From an uncultured Candidatus Saccharibacteria bacterium (GTDB lineage: Bacteria > Patescibacteriota > Dojkabacteria > GCA-002793355): a stretch of 64,000 nucleotides of DNA. The stretch spans positions 312,662 through 376,661 of the forward strand of contig CAZGEO010000001.1 in NCBI GenBank assembly GCA_964525295.1. Direction: 5' to 3'. Numbering within the stretch: position 1 is the first letter of the stretch; the number at the start of each line of letters is the position of its first letter. Below are positions 44,451 through 55,000 of this stretch, one piece after another. Below the pieces are notes generated by a model. The model was given only the letters and a program-made list of their open reading frames with translations. It ran no database searches and was not told the DNA's origin. Position numbers and translations under genes: made by a program.

Positions 44451-46630
44451 CACTGAGTAAACAATTCGCCAGAAGTTTGACAAATCCACATATTTTGCCA
44501 GATTTCTGTGTTTATTGAATTGGTTGATTCTGAAATTGTATCTGCTGAACAGTCAATCTTAAAATCATCGAGTGGTAAAATGTAGTGTCTTTTGAAGTAA
44601 TTTCTTATCATTTGGTTCAAAGATACAGGTTTGGCATTTTTCGCAACAGGAGCTTCAGTATTAGCGCCAGCATAAGCATCGCTTAACTTAATGTTCATTA
44701 AGGTTGGGACGTATTTCTCAGGAATATCTACTTTTTCTACACAAAGAGAAGGATTAAAAGTTGAATCACAATTTCTGAATACTGCGGGAATAAACGCTGG
44801 AGCAACCAATTTCAAAAATGCCAAGAGTTCATTATTTGGCTTATAATCATTAAATGCAACAGCACTAACTCTAGTCGGAATCGCTAATGCTCCTTGATTC
44901 CAATATGTTTCTCTTTTCCAATACGTTGTCAACGACTTAAATCCATCTTCATTGACGCCGAGTGGTTTACTCAAAGATCTTTGTTTTGCAATTGTGTTTT
45001 GTAAGTATTCTGCACAGGTGGCTGTCGCCCGACCAGAGGCCAAAACAACCTGCTCTACTGTTGCTTGATCAAGCACGGAAGGGCCTCTTGTAATGCCACC
45101 CTGAAATGAATCACCTGCGCGATTAAATGCATATGATACAGCAGTATCTCCTTTTTGAACTGCTTTTGCGTATTCTTGCAAGTCAGGGCCAGAAAGATAA
45201 AGACCTTCCACCTCGGCACTTGCCGAGAGACTAAAGCTTCGGCAATTAGATTGCGATGCCACAAGATGACACATAGAAGGATTATTCGAACTGCAATATG
45301 CTGTATTAGTGCTTCTTGTCTTCGGGTTGAAACTTAAAAATGATGCTTTATCTGGGCTACTATATAATTTCTCATCAACTTTCCAAAGTCCACCGGTAAC
45401 AGCGCTTAATATTGTTTCACGTGAAGTTTCCATTTGTTTTTTATCATCATCCTTTGGGACTGTTAATAGACTCCCTTCTTTTGCAGCAGTATCAGTTTTG
45501 CCTACGAATCCTGTTGAATATTGAGGTGCAGCAGCAAGCATATCGTAAAGCATAGTTATTGCAATCCCAATATTTTTCATCTTTCTATAATCTGCTTCCT
45601 CTTCAGGCTGCCACGCATATAATTGAAATAGCCTAGAGCCTGCGAATTGAATCGTACCAGACAAATCGAGTTTCTTTACCGCGAGTTCGCGCCCTTCAAA
45701 TTGATCTTCCTTAACATTGTCTGGGAGAATCAACTTGAATGTTACCGATTTTTCATCTTTATGACCTTTGAGGTACTCTTTCGAAAATACGTTAACATCA
45801 CCGATCCCTATACCTGGGGAGCGTGTACTACAGCGACCGACGATATAGTCAAGAACCGCTTTGCTTGCATTCGCCGCACCACCGCCGGCTTTACCGATTT
45901 GACCACTCCACATTTGATTGTAATCTTCAGTATCAGGATCACTAAATGCATCACATAATTCTTCAGCTCTCTCTGGAGATAGATTGTTAAACCAAACTGC
46001 AGAAACAGCTACATACAACTCATCATTCGTCATCTGACGCATTCCAGCAACGTCTGGTTCAGTTAAATATGGAGGTAAGACCAATGGCTTAACAATTAAT
46101 TGCGCAACTCCTTTATTTGTTTCGCTATTCGGTTCACATATTGAAAAAGTCTTAACTTCAGGCTTTACGGTAGAATTTGACGGTGTCGGAGGTTGATATT
46201 CATACTTCATATTTGCCGCAGCTGCAAGTTTCAACCCTTGACCATTTTTCTCACTGAGAATTTTATCCAGTCGTACTGAATCAGGAACTTGCTCAAGTAA
46301 TTTTCCATTAATCACGTGACCTACTGCTAGGCTACAATCGCCCGGAATCCCATTCGCAACGCATGTCGCCCCACCTTTAGATGTATTCGAGGTAGTCGTC
46401 GCAGCGAGCTTTACTGCGACTTGAGTCGCTTCATTGTCAATTAAAAGATTCTCAATAACTGGTTTATCAAACGCAAACTTTGGAGTTGTATTTTCTTGAG
46501 TAACAGTAGACGGAACAATAGAAGAAGGCTTAATTGTTGGTAAAATGTACGAATAAACAGAAAAGGTAAGTGATACAAATACCCCAATGAGTAAGACTCT
46601 ATTTAGTGTTCTTCTGGTACTCCTTCTCAT
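44444..46630 (-). CDS. Large secreted or anchored hypothetical protein (728 aa).
   Basis: An N-terminal TM anchor, then a long hydrophilic Cys-containing domain. No motif recognised. Confidence 0.55.
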   Translation of the reverse strand: MRRSTRRTLNRVLLIGVFVSLTFSVYSYILPTIKPSSIVPSTVTQENTTPKFAFDKPVIENLLIDNEATQVAVKLAATTTSNTSKGGATCVANGIPGDCSLAVGHVINGKLLEQVPDSVRLDKILSEKNGQGLKLAAAANMKYEYQPPTPSNSTVKPEVKTFSICEPNSETNKGVAQLIVKPLVLPPYLTEPDVAGMRQMTNDELYVAVSAVWFNNLSPERAEELCDAFSDPDTEDYNQMWSGQIGKAGGGAANASKAVLDYIVGRCSTRSPGIGIGDVNVFSKEYLKGHKDEKSVTFKLILPDNVKEDQFEGRELAVKKLDLSGTIQFAGSRLFQLYAWQPEEEADYRKMKNIGIAITMLYDMLAAAPQYSTGFVGKTDTAAKEGSLLTVPKDDDKKQMETSRETILSAVTGGLWKVDEKLYSSPDKASFLSFNPKTRSTNTAYCSSNNPSMCHLVASQSNCRSFSLSASAEVEGLYLSGPDLQEYAKAVQKGDTAVSYAFNRAGDSFQGGITRGPSVLDQATVEQVVLASGRATATCAEYLQNTIAKQRSLSKPLGVNEDGFKSLTTYWKRETYWNQGALAIPTRVSAVAFNDYKPNNELLAFLKLVAPAFIPAVFRNCDSTFNPSLCVEKVDIPEKYVPTLMNIKLSDAYAGANTEAPVAKNAKPVSLNQMIRNYFKRHYILPLDDFKIDCSADTISESTNSINTEIWQNMWICQTSGELFTQCQ

Positions 46631-46637
46631 GCACTAA

Positions 46638-46898
46638 TTATAGAGCATTGACGAGCTTTTGTACACGAGATTTTCTTCTTGCTGCGCTATTTGCGGTAAT
46701 AACATTTTCTTTTGCAGCTTTATCGAGCAATTTAGTCAAGAATGAAAATGACTTAACTGCATCTTCTTTTGCTTTATTCTTCACGGCCAATTTGGTTTTG
46801 TTCAACCATCGGGTGATTCGGTCTTTTACTCTACGGTTAGTATCGTAGCGGGCTTCAGTTTTTCTTACTGCTTTTTTTGCATTTCTCAGATTTGGCAT
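46638..46898 (-). CDS. rpsT: 30S ribosomal protein S20.
   Basis: MPNLRNAKKAVRKTEARYDTNRRVKDRITRWLNK... is a basic, alpha-helical S20 pattern. I chose the ATG at 46898, which has the extended -10 TGCTATAAT ending 6 nt upstream. Confidence 0.8.
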   Translation of the reverse strand: MPNLRNAKKAVRKTEARYDTNRRVKDRITRWLNKTKLAVKNKAKEDAVKSFSFLTKLLDKAAKENVITANSAARRKSRVQKLVNAL

Positions 46899-46904
46899 GG
46901 TGGA

Positions 46905-46913
46905 ATTATAGCA
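46905..46913 (-). promoter_or_regulatory. Extended -10 TGCTATAAT, 6 nt upstream of the rpsT ATG. Implies a leaderless transcript.
   Basis: Minus-strand sequence is GTGCTATAATTCCACCATG. Confidence 0.45.
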
Positions 46914-47013
46914 CAATATCAATCATGCGCAATAGTTCTAGCTTGCAATTGTTCTACGTACCTGTCGTATAAGCAATTACCTCACGCTTTTCGTAAACAT
47001 GGTACAATAACTC

Positions 47014-47133
47014 ATGGATTTAAATGTCAAAATCATGGCTATTATTGTTGCGATAGTTACCGTCATAATGACACTTATTCTCTTTTTGTTGAGCGTCATT
47101 TTTGGCGTTGATATTTCAAGAACATTCTTTTAA
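47014..47133 (+). CDS. Candidate 39-aa single-TM mini-protein, 3 nt upstream of cca.
   Basis: MDLNVKIMAIIVAIVTVIMTLILFLLSVIFGVDISRTFF. The TGGTACAAT extended -10 ends 5 nt before its ATG. Its stop codon lies 2 nt before the cca ATG. Confidence 0.25.
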   Translation: MDLNVKIMAIIVAIVTVIMTLILFLLSVIFGVDISRTFF

Positions 47134-47135
47134 AT

Positions 47136-48653
47136 ATGCAAATTGACTTACCACATTATGTTATTTCTATTGCGCGAGTACTCATCAAAGAGGGGTATAA
47201 AGCATACCTAGTCGCAGGTGCTATTCGTGATACACAGCTTGGAATGGAACCGCACGATTATGACGTTGCTACCGATGCTCTTCCAGAAGAATTACTCAAA
47301 CTCTTTCCGAAATCACTTGCTGTTGGTGCACAATTTGGAACAGTAGTTGTTGTTCAACAAGACTCCTCTGGCGAAAATTTCATGGTTGAAGTTACAACAT
47401 TGCGAAATGAAGAAGATTACCTTAAAGGTCGCTGGCCATCAAAGGTGAATTTCGTGCGAAATCTCGAAGAAGATTTACAAAGAAGAGACTTCACTATCAA
47501 TGCAATGGCCCTAGATTTAGGTGAGAAAGGAATTTCATATTTATCGCAATATCCAGAAATCGAAGCCCCGCAAAGTATTTCACACAAACACACATACGAA
47601 TTCACGCTTATTGATTATTACGGAGGAATGAATGATTTAGACCAAAAAGTGATTCGCACCGTAGGTGACCCAATTGCGCGATTCACAGAAGATGGATTAC
47701 GACCATATCGAGCCTGTAGATTCGCCTCACAATTAAACTTTACTATTGAAGAACAGACATTTAAGGCTATCACCGTTTGCCTTAATGTATCGAATATGGT
47801 TTCGCAAGAACGAATTCGCGATGAATTCATGAAATTATTACTTAAATCTCCGAAACCTTCAGTAGGAATCGAACTTTTGCGAACATCGGGCTTACTTGCC
47901 CAATTTCTTCCCGAATTGGCTGAAACTTATGGAATTAAACAAGATATTGGCCACGCATTTGATGTTTATACTCATCTTTTGCGAACAGTTGACCTAGCTC
48001 CAGATCGTGTAAAACTTGCTGCTCTCCTGCACGATATCGCCAAGCCAGAAACTGCGACCGGTGATGGGCATTTCTATGGTCACGATCAAGCAGGGGCAAA
48101 ACTCGCAGGAAAAATAATGCGTCGTCTTCGTTTTTCAAAGGCTGAAATTAAACAAGTCGAAAACTTAGTTCGCTGGCATATGTTTTATTACCCGTACACT
48201 CAAGAAGAGATACAAGCACTACAAGATGGAAAAATGACAAAAGAAGAGCCTGAAATTAGTGAGACTATAAAAGAAGCAAAGTTTTGGTCTGATGGTGCAG
48301 TCAGGCGCTTTATTAAACGAGTTGGATTAGAAAATATTGAAGATCTGTTTGCTCTACGCATCGCAGATGCAACAAGTGAACCTGTCAGTATGTGGCAACC
48401 TGAAGAAATCATTGCTTTACAAGCAAGAATTTCTCGAATTCTCGAAGAAGATACTGCACTTAAACTTTCAGATCTTGTGATTGACGGGAAAACATTGATG
48501 AAAAATTTTGCATTGAAACCTGGTCCAGCAATCGGCAAGACATTAAATTTCTTATTAGAACAGGTCATTGAGAATCCAAACCTTAACGGCAAAGAAGAAC
48601 TACTGACTTTATCAAAGAATTTCCTTGAGAAGGAAGGTTTGTTAACCGATTAA
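47136..48653 (+). CDS. cca: CCA-adding tRNA nucleotidyltransferase with a C-terminal HD domain.
   Basis: The Pol-beta-type NTase head is GGAIRDTQLG...DYDVAT and the HD motif is LLHDIAKP. 505 aa. Confidence 0.8.
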   Translation: MQIDLPHYVISIARVLIKEGYKAYLVAGAIRDTQLGMEPHDYDVATDALPEELLKLFPKSLAVGAQFGTVVVVQQDSSGENFMVEVTTLRNEEDYLKGRWPSKVNFVRNLEEDLQRRDFTINAMALDLGEKGISYLSQYPEIEAPQSISHKHTYEFTLIDYYGGMNDLDQKVIRTVGDPIARFTEDGLRPYRACRFASQLNFTIEEQTFKAITVCLNVSNMVSQERIRDEFMKLLLKSPKPSVGIELLRTSGLLAQFLPELAETYGIKQDIGHAFDVYTHLLRTVDLAPDRVKLAALLHDIAKPETATGDGHFYGHDQAGAKLAGKIMRRLRFSKAEIKQVENLVRWHMFYYPYTQEEIQALQDGKMTKEEPEISETIKEAKFWSDGAVRRFIKRVGLENIEDLFALRIADATSEPVSMWQPEEIIALQARISRILEEDTALKLSDLVIDGKTLMKNFALKPGPAIGKTLNFLLEQVIENPNLNGKEELLTLSKNFLEKEGLLTD

Positions 48654-50480
48654 ATTGGTTGGGGTTTGCAAAGCTTTTCGTTTTCTAATCGTTTTTGTGA
48701 TGAACGTTACAATTACTACTAACAACACGTAAATTACAAAAGCAAACATAATAATAAGTCCTTGTGTGCTTAGCAGAATTCTTCCAAGTCGCGATGAGCG
48801 CAAATATGAAATAATTTCAGAAGAGTATTTTGCCATTCCTGATTTTTGCTCCTGAGCCAATTTTGCTTTAACATCTTCAATCGTAAAAAGTGATTCAATT
48901 GCAGGAAACGCGTTAATCGATTCTGTATTAATTTGTAGTGCATCATCACAAGGATAAGCATTGTCTTCAGAATAACAGTTAAATCCATTTGGCTCATATA
49001 CAGATTTTGAAGCTACATACCAAACGAAATGGTCAAAATCGAAACCAATATACTCATCACCACGATCACTCCAGGTAGGATCAACCGAAACCCAGCCCGC
49101 GTCTGGAAACCAAACACCCACCCACTGATGCCCCACCCCGCTTAACTGCCTATCAACGCGTGCTCCAAGACCATCTCCAAAAACAGTTCTTGTTGGAATC
49201 TTCTGAGCTCGTAATACAGAAAGGAGCAAATCTGAATACTCCATACATACCCCATTCTTACTTTCTAATGCTCCTAATGCACCTTTTCTAAACAAGTCTT
49301 CTCTACTCGACACATCTTGATATGAAATCAAATTCGATACGAATCGCAGCGATTTTTGCACCGTTTCATATACCTGGCCACTTTTGGATAGGTTCTCAGT
49401 TGCAATTTTTTGAATTTCTGGCGCTTCAACCTGCCAATAGCGCGGTTCAGAACCAAGGTAATTTTTCATTGAATTCGGTAAATCTTCAAATTTTGTTGAC
49501 TGAATTGTTTTTGGTATTTCTCCTTTTACAATTTTTGCATATCCCTCAATGACAATTTCACTTTCACTAGTCGCGGAGATTGGCAACCTTGCAATAACAT
49601 TTCCATCCTGATCAATTCTAAGTGATTCAGGATACGGAGAGATTTTTGAGTAATAAACCACTTGGTTTGCGAATTCAGTCGCATCTTGTTGAGTTGGGAG
49701 TGCGATTTCAACATAATTAACTAATAAATCCTTAACAAAATTTGGAGAGTTCTGATTGGTAGCTTTAACTTTTCCCGTCAAAGAAAATTTAATAAGACGT
49801 TCACTTCCCACCATAATACGAACTGATTTGTCACGTAATTCATTGTGTGAATAGCGAATCTTAGTTTGTGTGCCGGCATCTTCAACTTGAGCTGGATTTG
49901 GCGTAGTCAATGATATTTCGCCAAGACTTTTTGCCACAAGCAACGTTAAATCATAAGTCGTTTTTTCAGAATAATCTACTGTTGGATCTTTGAAATCTAC
50001 AGAAAAATCAGCGGGCAACCCTGGATACGATATCTCTAGAATTCCACCTTCATTAAGAATATTCAAATCCGTTTGATAAGAAATTTTGAATTCAAGTGGA
50101 GAACCATTTTTTAAATCTCGATAATAAGGAATTCTAATTTTATAGAACCCGTCTTCTACACTCGTTGCAAAAGTTATTGAATTATTATTGGCATCCTTAA
50201 CTTGAACATTCGATATTTTGGTGTTCAAATCGATCCCTGCATCGCCATACGGAGGAACAACATATACAATTAAAGCATTTTTTTTGGCTGGAAAATACGT
50301 TTTTTTGTCATCCCAAGAAATCTTTTGCGTCTGCGTTACCAAAACCTTTTCGGTATTTGCAATTTGCATAGTTGTTGCAATATTCCTTGAGATTGTTACT
50401 GCAAAAACCTGCGATTCTAACAATAATGAAAACGCAAAACTCAGTATAAGTACGAAGAATAGGTTGAAAATTCTCTTCAT
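48642..50480 (-). CDS. Transglutaminase-like cysteine-protease-domain protein, with an N-terminal signal and a C-terminal TM anchor.
   Basis: The transglutaminase-core Cys-His-Asp context is GVCMEYSDLLLSVLRAQKIPTR...GHQWVGVWFPDAGWVSVDPT. The start ATG overlaps the dnaA stop codon (ATGA). Confidence 0.6.
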   Translation of the reverse strand: MKRIFNLFFVLILSFAFSLLLESQVFAVTISRNIATTMQIANTEKVLVTQTQKISWDDKKTYFPAKKNALIVYVVPPYGDAGIDLNTKISNVQVKDANNNSITFATSVEDGFYKIRIPYYRDLKNGSPLEFKISYQTDLNILNEGGILEISYPGLPADFSVDFKDPTVDYSEKTTYDLTLLVAKSLGEISLTTPNPAQVEDAGTQTKIRYSHNELRDKSVRIMVGSERLIKFSLTGKVKATNQNSPNFVKDLLVNYVEIALPTQQDATEFANQVVYYSKISPYPESLRIDQDGNVIARLPISATSESEIVIEGYAKIVKGEIPKTIQSTKFEDLPNSMKNYLGSEPRYWQVEAPEIQKIATENLSKSGQVYETVQKSLRFVSNLISYQDVSSREDLFRKGALGALESKNGVCMEYSDLLLSVLRAQKIPTRTVFGDGLGARVDRQLSGVGHQWVGVWFPDAGWVSVDPTWSDRGDEYIGFDFDHFVWYVASKSVYEPNGFNCYSEDNAYPCDDALQINTESINAFPAIESLFTIEDVKAKLAQEQKSGMAKYSSEIISYLRSSRLGRILLSTQGLIIMFAFVIYVLLVVIVTFITKTIRKRKALQTPTNLIG

Positions 50481-51865
50481 TTCATCAGTCCGTTTTTAAT
50501 ACCAACTATCTGCGTTCTGAGTAGATGATCGTTCTGCATAAGTTTACTGACCTTATCAACGGCATGAATTACCGTTGTATGATCAGTTCTTTTTAGCGAT
50601 CTAGCTACCCTTTCTAGCGGATAATTAAGTATATCACGAACCAGGTACATTGCGATTTGTCGAGGAAGTGCAACTGCAGCAGCGCGAGTTGAAGATTTCA
50701 TTTGCCCTACAGTAACACCAAATGAATCAGCTACTCGTTCAAGTATATCTTCCACTTTTATTTTTTTTCGTGCAGCTTCTTGGTCGACACCTACTATTTT
50801 TTCGACCGTGGCTTTATCCATTGCTGTGTTCGTAATTTTCGCATAAGTGTATACCTTATTGTACGCACCAATTAGTTGCCGAATATTGTCTTCTACCAAG
50901 AATGCGATACTCTCAAGACATTCAAGCGAAAGCGGTGGACTATGCTCTTTATTATAATTAGCCAAAATAGCGACTCTTGTTTCGTAATCAGGTGGAATAA
51001 TATCAATGATCATGCCTCCTTCAAATCGTGAGCGCAATCTGTCTGCTAAATTATTAATTTGAGCAGGTGGCCTATCTGAAGCAAAAATAATTTGCTTGTT
51101 TGCACCATGAAGCATGTTAAATGTATGAAATAACTCTTCTTGTGCACCTTCCCATTTTGAAATGAACTGAATGTCATCAATCATAAGGATATCCAACTTT
51201 CTATATTTTTCGCGGAATTCAGCTGTCTTTTTGTTGCGAATGGAATCGACCATTTCATTTAGAAAGGTTTCACTTGAGCAGTAAAAAATCTTCTTTGTCG
51301 GATCATTTTGCAGAACAGACATGCCAACTGCCTGCATAAGGTGCGTTTTACCGACGCCAACACTTCCATAAATAAATAATGGATTGTAATCTTGCCCTAA
51401 GTGCTGTGAAACTGCCTGTGCTGCAGCATGAGCAATTTGATTATTGTTGCCAACAACAAATGTATCAAATGTGTATTTTTCATTAAGGAATGAATCTTTT
51501 ACCGCCTTTTCAAATTTTGATTTCTTCTCTTCAACTTGTGTTAGTAAATCGCCGACTTTCGGAATAGTACTTTTTATTGGAACTTTTGTTGACTCAAATA
51601 CTTCTTGCTGAACTTCAAGTAAAACGCCATTTCCTTCACCAAGTACATCACGAAATATGGTTTGCAACTGATCTTTTGCATTTTTTTCTAACCATTGCAA
51701 AGTCAGATTATTTCTTACTGCAATTTTTATACTCCCGTCTACGACATCGGAAAGTTTTGTTGAATGCTCGATCCACGCTTTATACGATTCTGGCGAGAAT
51801 TTCTTTGATAGTGAAAATTTGACTAGCTCCCACAGTTTTTGCATTTCTTGAGTTGAGATAGTCAT
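50477..51865 (-). CDS. dnaA: Chromosomal replication initiator DnaA.
   Basis: AAA+ Walker A is GSVGVGKTHLMQA and Walker B is ILMIDDIQF. The C-terminal DnaA-box-binding helix-turn-helix is present. I chose the N-terminus MTISTQEMQKLWELV (ATG at 51865), which is DnaA-typical. The track start at 51931 is probably too long. Confidence 0.9.
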   Translation of the reverse strand: MTISTQEMQKLWELVKFSLSKKFSPESYKAWIEHSTKLSDVVDGSIKIAVRNNLTLQWLEKNAKDQLQTIFRDVLGEGNGVLLEVQQEVFESTKVPIKSTIPKVGDLLTQVEEKKSKFEKAVKDSFLNEKYTFDTFVVGNNNQIAHAAAQAVSQHLGQDYNPLFIYGSVGVGKTHLMQAVGMSVLQNDPTKKIFYCSSETFLNEMVDSIRNKKTAEFREKYRKLDILMIDDIQFISKWEGAQEELFHTFNMLHGANKQIIFASDRPPAQINNLADRLRSRFEGGMIIDIIPPDYETRVAILANYNKEHSPPLSLECLESIAFLVEDNIRQLIGAYNKVYTYAKITNTAMDKATVEKIVGVDQEAARKKIKVEDILERVADSFGVTVGQMKSSTRAAAVALPRQIAMYLVRDILNYPLERVARSLKRTDHTTVIHAVDKVSKLMQNDHLLRTQIVGIKNGLMK

Positions 51866-51884
51866 ACGTGAAGTAATATCATAT

Positions 51885-51903
51885 TGTGGATAGGTTGTCC
51901 ACA
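51885..51903. promoter_or_regulatory. Inverted pair of near-consensus DnaA boxes, TGTGGATAG and TTGTCCACA, about 20 nt upstream of the dnaA ATG.
   Basis: Read directly as ATTGTGGATAGGTTGTCCACAG. Each box has one mismatch to TTATCCACA. Confidence 0.5.
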
Positions 51904-52023
51904 GACCTGTAAAATTACCGACACAAAGCAAAAACTATACGACATCTTTTTTCAATCACCTCATGATTCCGTTGTAACCTTTGTTTCCCGAACGAATAAT
52001 TGAAAAACAACCTTGATGAATTT

Positions 52024-55000
52024 TTAATTATTCTCACTCACGTCCCCAAATCTTCGCAATGTTTTTTTGATATCAAAGGAATATGCAATTCCACCTTTAT
52101 ACGCAACGAGTTTAAAGCCTTGCGCTGCGGGGACCTCAAAGGTCAATTTAACATCACCAGGATTTGCAGCAATAAACGCCTTCAAGGCATCCAAGTCATC
52201 TTTTGCAAGATTCTGATGTAATCTAATCTTAATGTTCTTCACAACCCTATCCGTTTTAGTAGATTCAGGGGTAATTAATTCGAAGTTGGAAATAACAAAA
52301 CTTACTTTATCAAGGCGTTTGTCTATTCGCCCTTTGAAGATAAACGCCTCATTTAGGGCATCAGGGTTTTCAAGCAGGAGCTTGGCAAAAACCTGATACG
52401 TTCGTGGGAATAAGACAGCGCTAACCGTCGAGGTTGTATCTTCGAGATCAAGAAATGCCATCATATCACCATTTTTAGTATTCAATTTTTTCATTCGCGA
52501 AATAGAGGCACCGATAAATATCTCTTCTGCAGGTAGTTCAGCTATTGCTTCATCCAGAGATTTTGCCCCAATTGACATGAAATAATCAGTGTATTGATGC
52601 AACGGATGAGAAGTTAGGTAGATACCGAATAAATCTCTTTCCCATTTAAGAATCTGCATAATTGAGGCAGGTTCTACTACTGGCAAAGGTGTCTGTTGCA
52701 CCATCTTTTGTTTATTTTCTTCACTTCCACCAAAGCTGAAAAGACTCATTTGCTCAACAACTTCTTTCTTTATTTCCGCCTTATGACGGTCATAAATTAT
52801 TGGAATTAATGTAATTAGTGCATTACGCTCGCCCCAATCATTCATAGCTCCAGCCTGCGCAAGTAACAACAAAGTTTTCTTATCGACTCGATCTAAATCA
52901 ACACGAGATATCAAATCATCGAGGTGTTGAAATTCTCCACCTTTACCGCGTTCTTCGATTAATGCTTCAAGGGCCTTCTGTGAGGCGCCTTTTATTCCCT
53001 TCAATCCATAACGAATTGAACCAATATAATGATATTCACCTTTTGCTTTACGCTTGGCCAACTGTTCAGAAAAATCATCATCGAGCCAATGCTTTTCTAG
53101 CTCGTCATCATGATATTCAATTGAAAATTCCAAATTACTTTGGTTAATTTGTGGAGGTAAGACCTGCACGTGCATTGCTACCGCTTGAGACAAATCGTTT
53201 TCGAGTTTATCAGTATGCCCCATGTCTGCTTGCATAAGACCTACAACGAACTCAATTGGATGATGCGCTTTAAGATATGCTGTTCTATACGCTACGACTG
53301 CGTAACATGCTGAGTGCGATTTGTTGAAACCATAGTCTGCGAAGGGCAACATGTACGCGAAAACCTGATCTGCTAATTCCTGGGTATATCCCTTTTTCAA
53401 CATGCCGTCGATGAATTTGGGCTTTTCTGCATCGAGAATCTCTTTCTTCTTCTTACCCATAGCACGACGGAGAAGATCTGCTTCACCAATTGAATATCCA
53501 GCCATTTCTACGGCAATCGCCATAACCTGCTCCTGGTAAATTGCATAACCCATTGTTTCGCCAAGTAACCCTTTCATATCTGGGTGAAGATATTCAATAT
53601 CTTTTCGACCATGCTTTCTTTCAATATAATCTGGAATATATCCCATTGGCCCAGGTCGATATGCTGCACACATAAAACAAATGTCAAGAATTGTCGTCGG
53701 CACTAGATCAATGAGATATTTCTTCATCCCTTGACTTTCGAATTGGAAGATACCGTCTGTTAATGCTTTTTGAAATAAGACATAGGATTTCTTATCTTCA
53801 ACACCAAGCTTGTCCCAATCGATCGTTTCACCATGCTGTCTAAATATCGCATTTTCGACATTCTTGATAATAGTCAACGTTCGCAGCCCCAAGAAGTCAT
53901 ATTTCATAAGCCCAACATCTTCAAGATGAGCACCTTCTACTTGAGTAATTACCAATTCTGTATCTTGTGGGGCTCTGCGAAGGGGCACGTATTCTGAAAT
54001 TGGATCTGGTGTAATGACGTAACCACAGGCATGTACCGAAACGTTTCTTGCAATCTTTTTAATTCTCTTAACAGCATTTACCATTTCGACCAATTTTGGA
54101 TCTGACTCTACAAACTGCCTGAACTCAGGCATAGTTTCCATAGCCTCAGAAACGGGCATCGGTTTTCCTCTCTTTACAGGAATCATCTTTGCTACTTTAT
54201 CTGCTTGATCAAGAGGAATTGCTAATGCGCGAGAAACATCGCGAATTGCAGCCTTGGTATCCATTCTACCGATTGCACAAATTGCTGATACATTATCATG
54301 CCCGTATTTGTGTTCAATATACTTGATAACTTCTCCTCGACGGTCATCCTGAAAATCGATATCGAAGTCTGGTGGCGAAGGTCGATAAGGGTTCAAGAAT
54401 CTTTCAAACTGCAGCCCCCACCAAAATGGATCAATATCAGTAATACTGTTGCAGTATGCAACCACACTACCCGCACCAGAACCACGCCCTGGACCAACGA
54501 GAATTCCTTGACTTTTCGCCCATTTAATATAGTCAGATACAATCAAAAAATAATCGTTATACCCTTTATCATTAATAACTTTCAATTCGTAATCAAGTCG
54601 CTCACGTATTTCATCGGTAATTTCTCCATAACGAGCGACCGCTCCTTCATAGGTGAATTTTCGCAAGAGTGTTTCAGCAGTTTCTCCTTCAGGAACATCG
54701 AGATATTTCGGCTGTACACGGTCAAAGAAAATGCTGTATTTTTCTATCATATCAGCAATCATCAGCGTATTGGCTGGCGCTTCAGGGATATCAGAAAAAA
54801 GCTCGTACATCTCTTCTGCTGATTTAAAATACAGTTCGTCAGTATGCATCTTCATGTGCTTGGGATCGTATATCGTTCGTCCCTCATGAATCGCCCAAAA
54901 TATGTCTTGAATCTTTGCGTCTTCGTGTAATAGATAATGTACATCTCCTGATGCTACCAATGGTTTATTGACACGTTTTGCGAGTTCTCTCAATAACGGA

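Noticed and set aside
54298-54889. Plus-strand ORFs of 174 and 78 aa inside dnaE.
   Set aside because: They run antisense to the strongly supported 1192-aa DNA polymerase III alpha gene.
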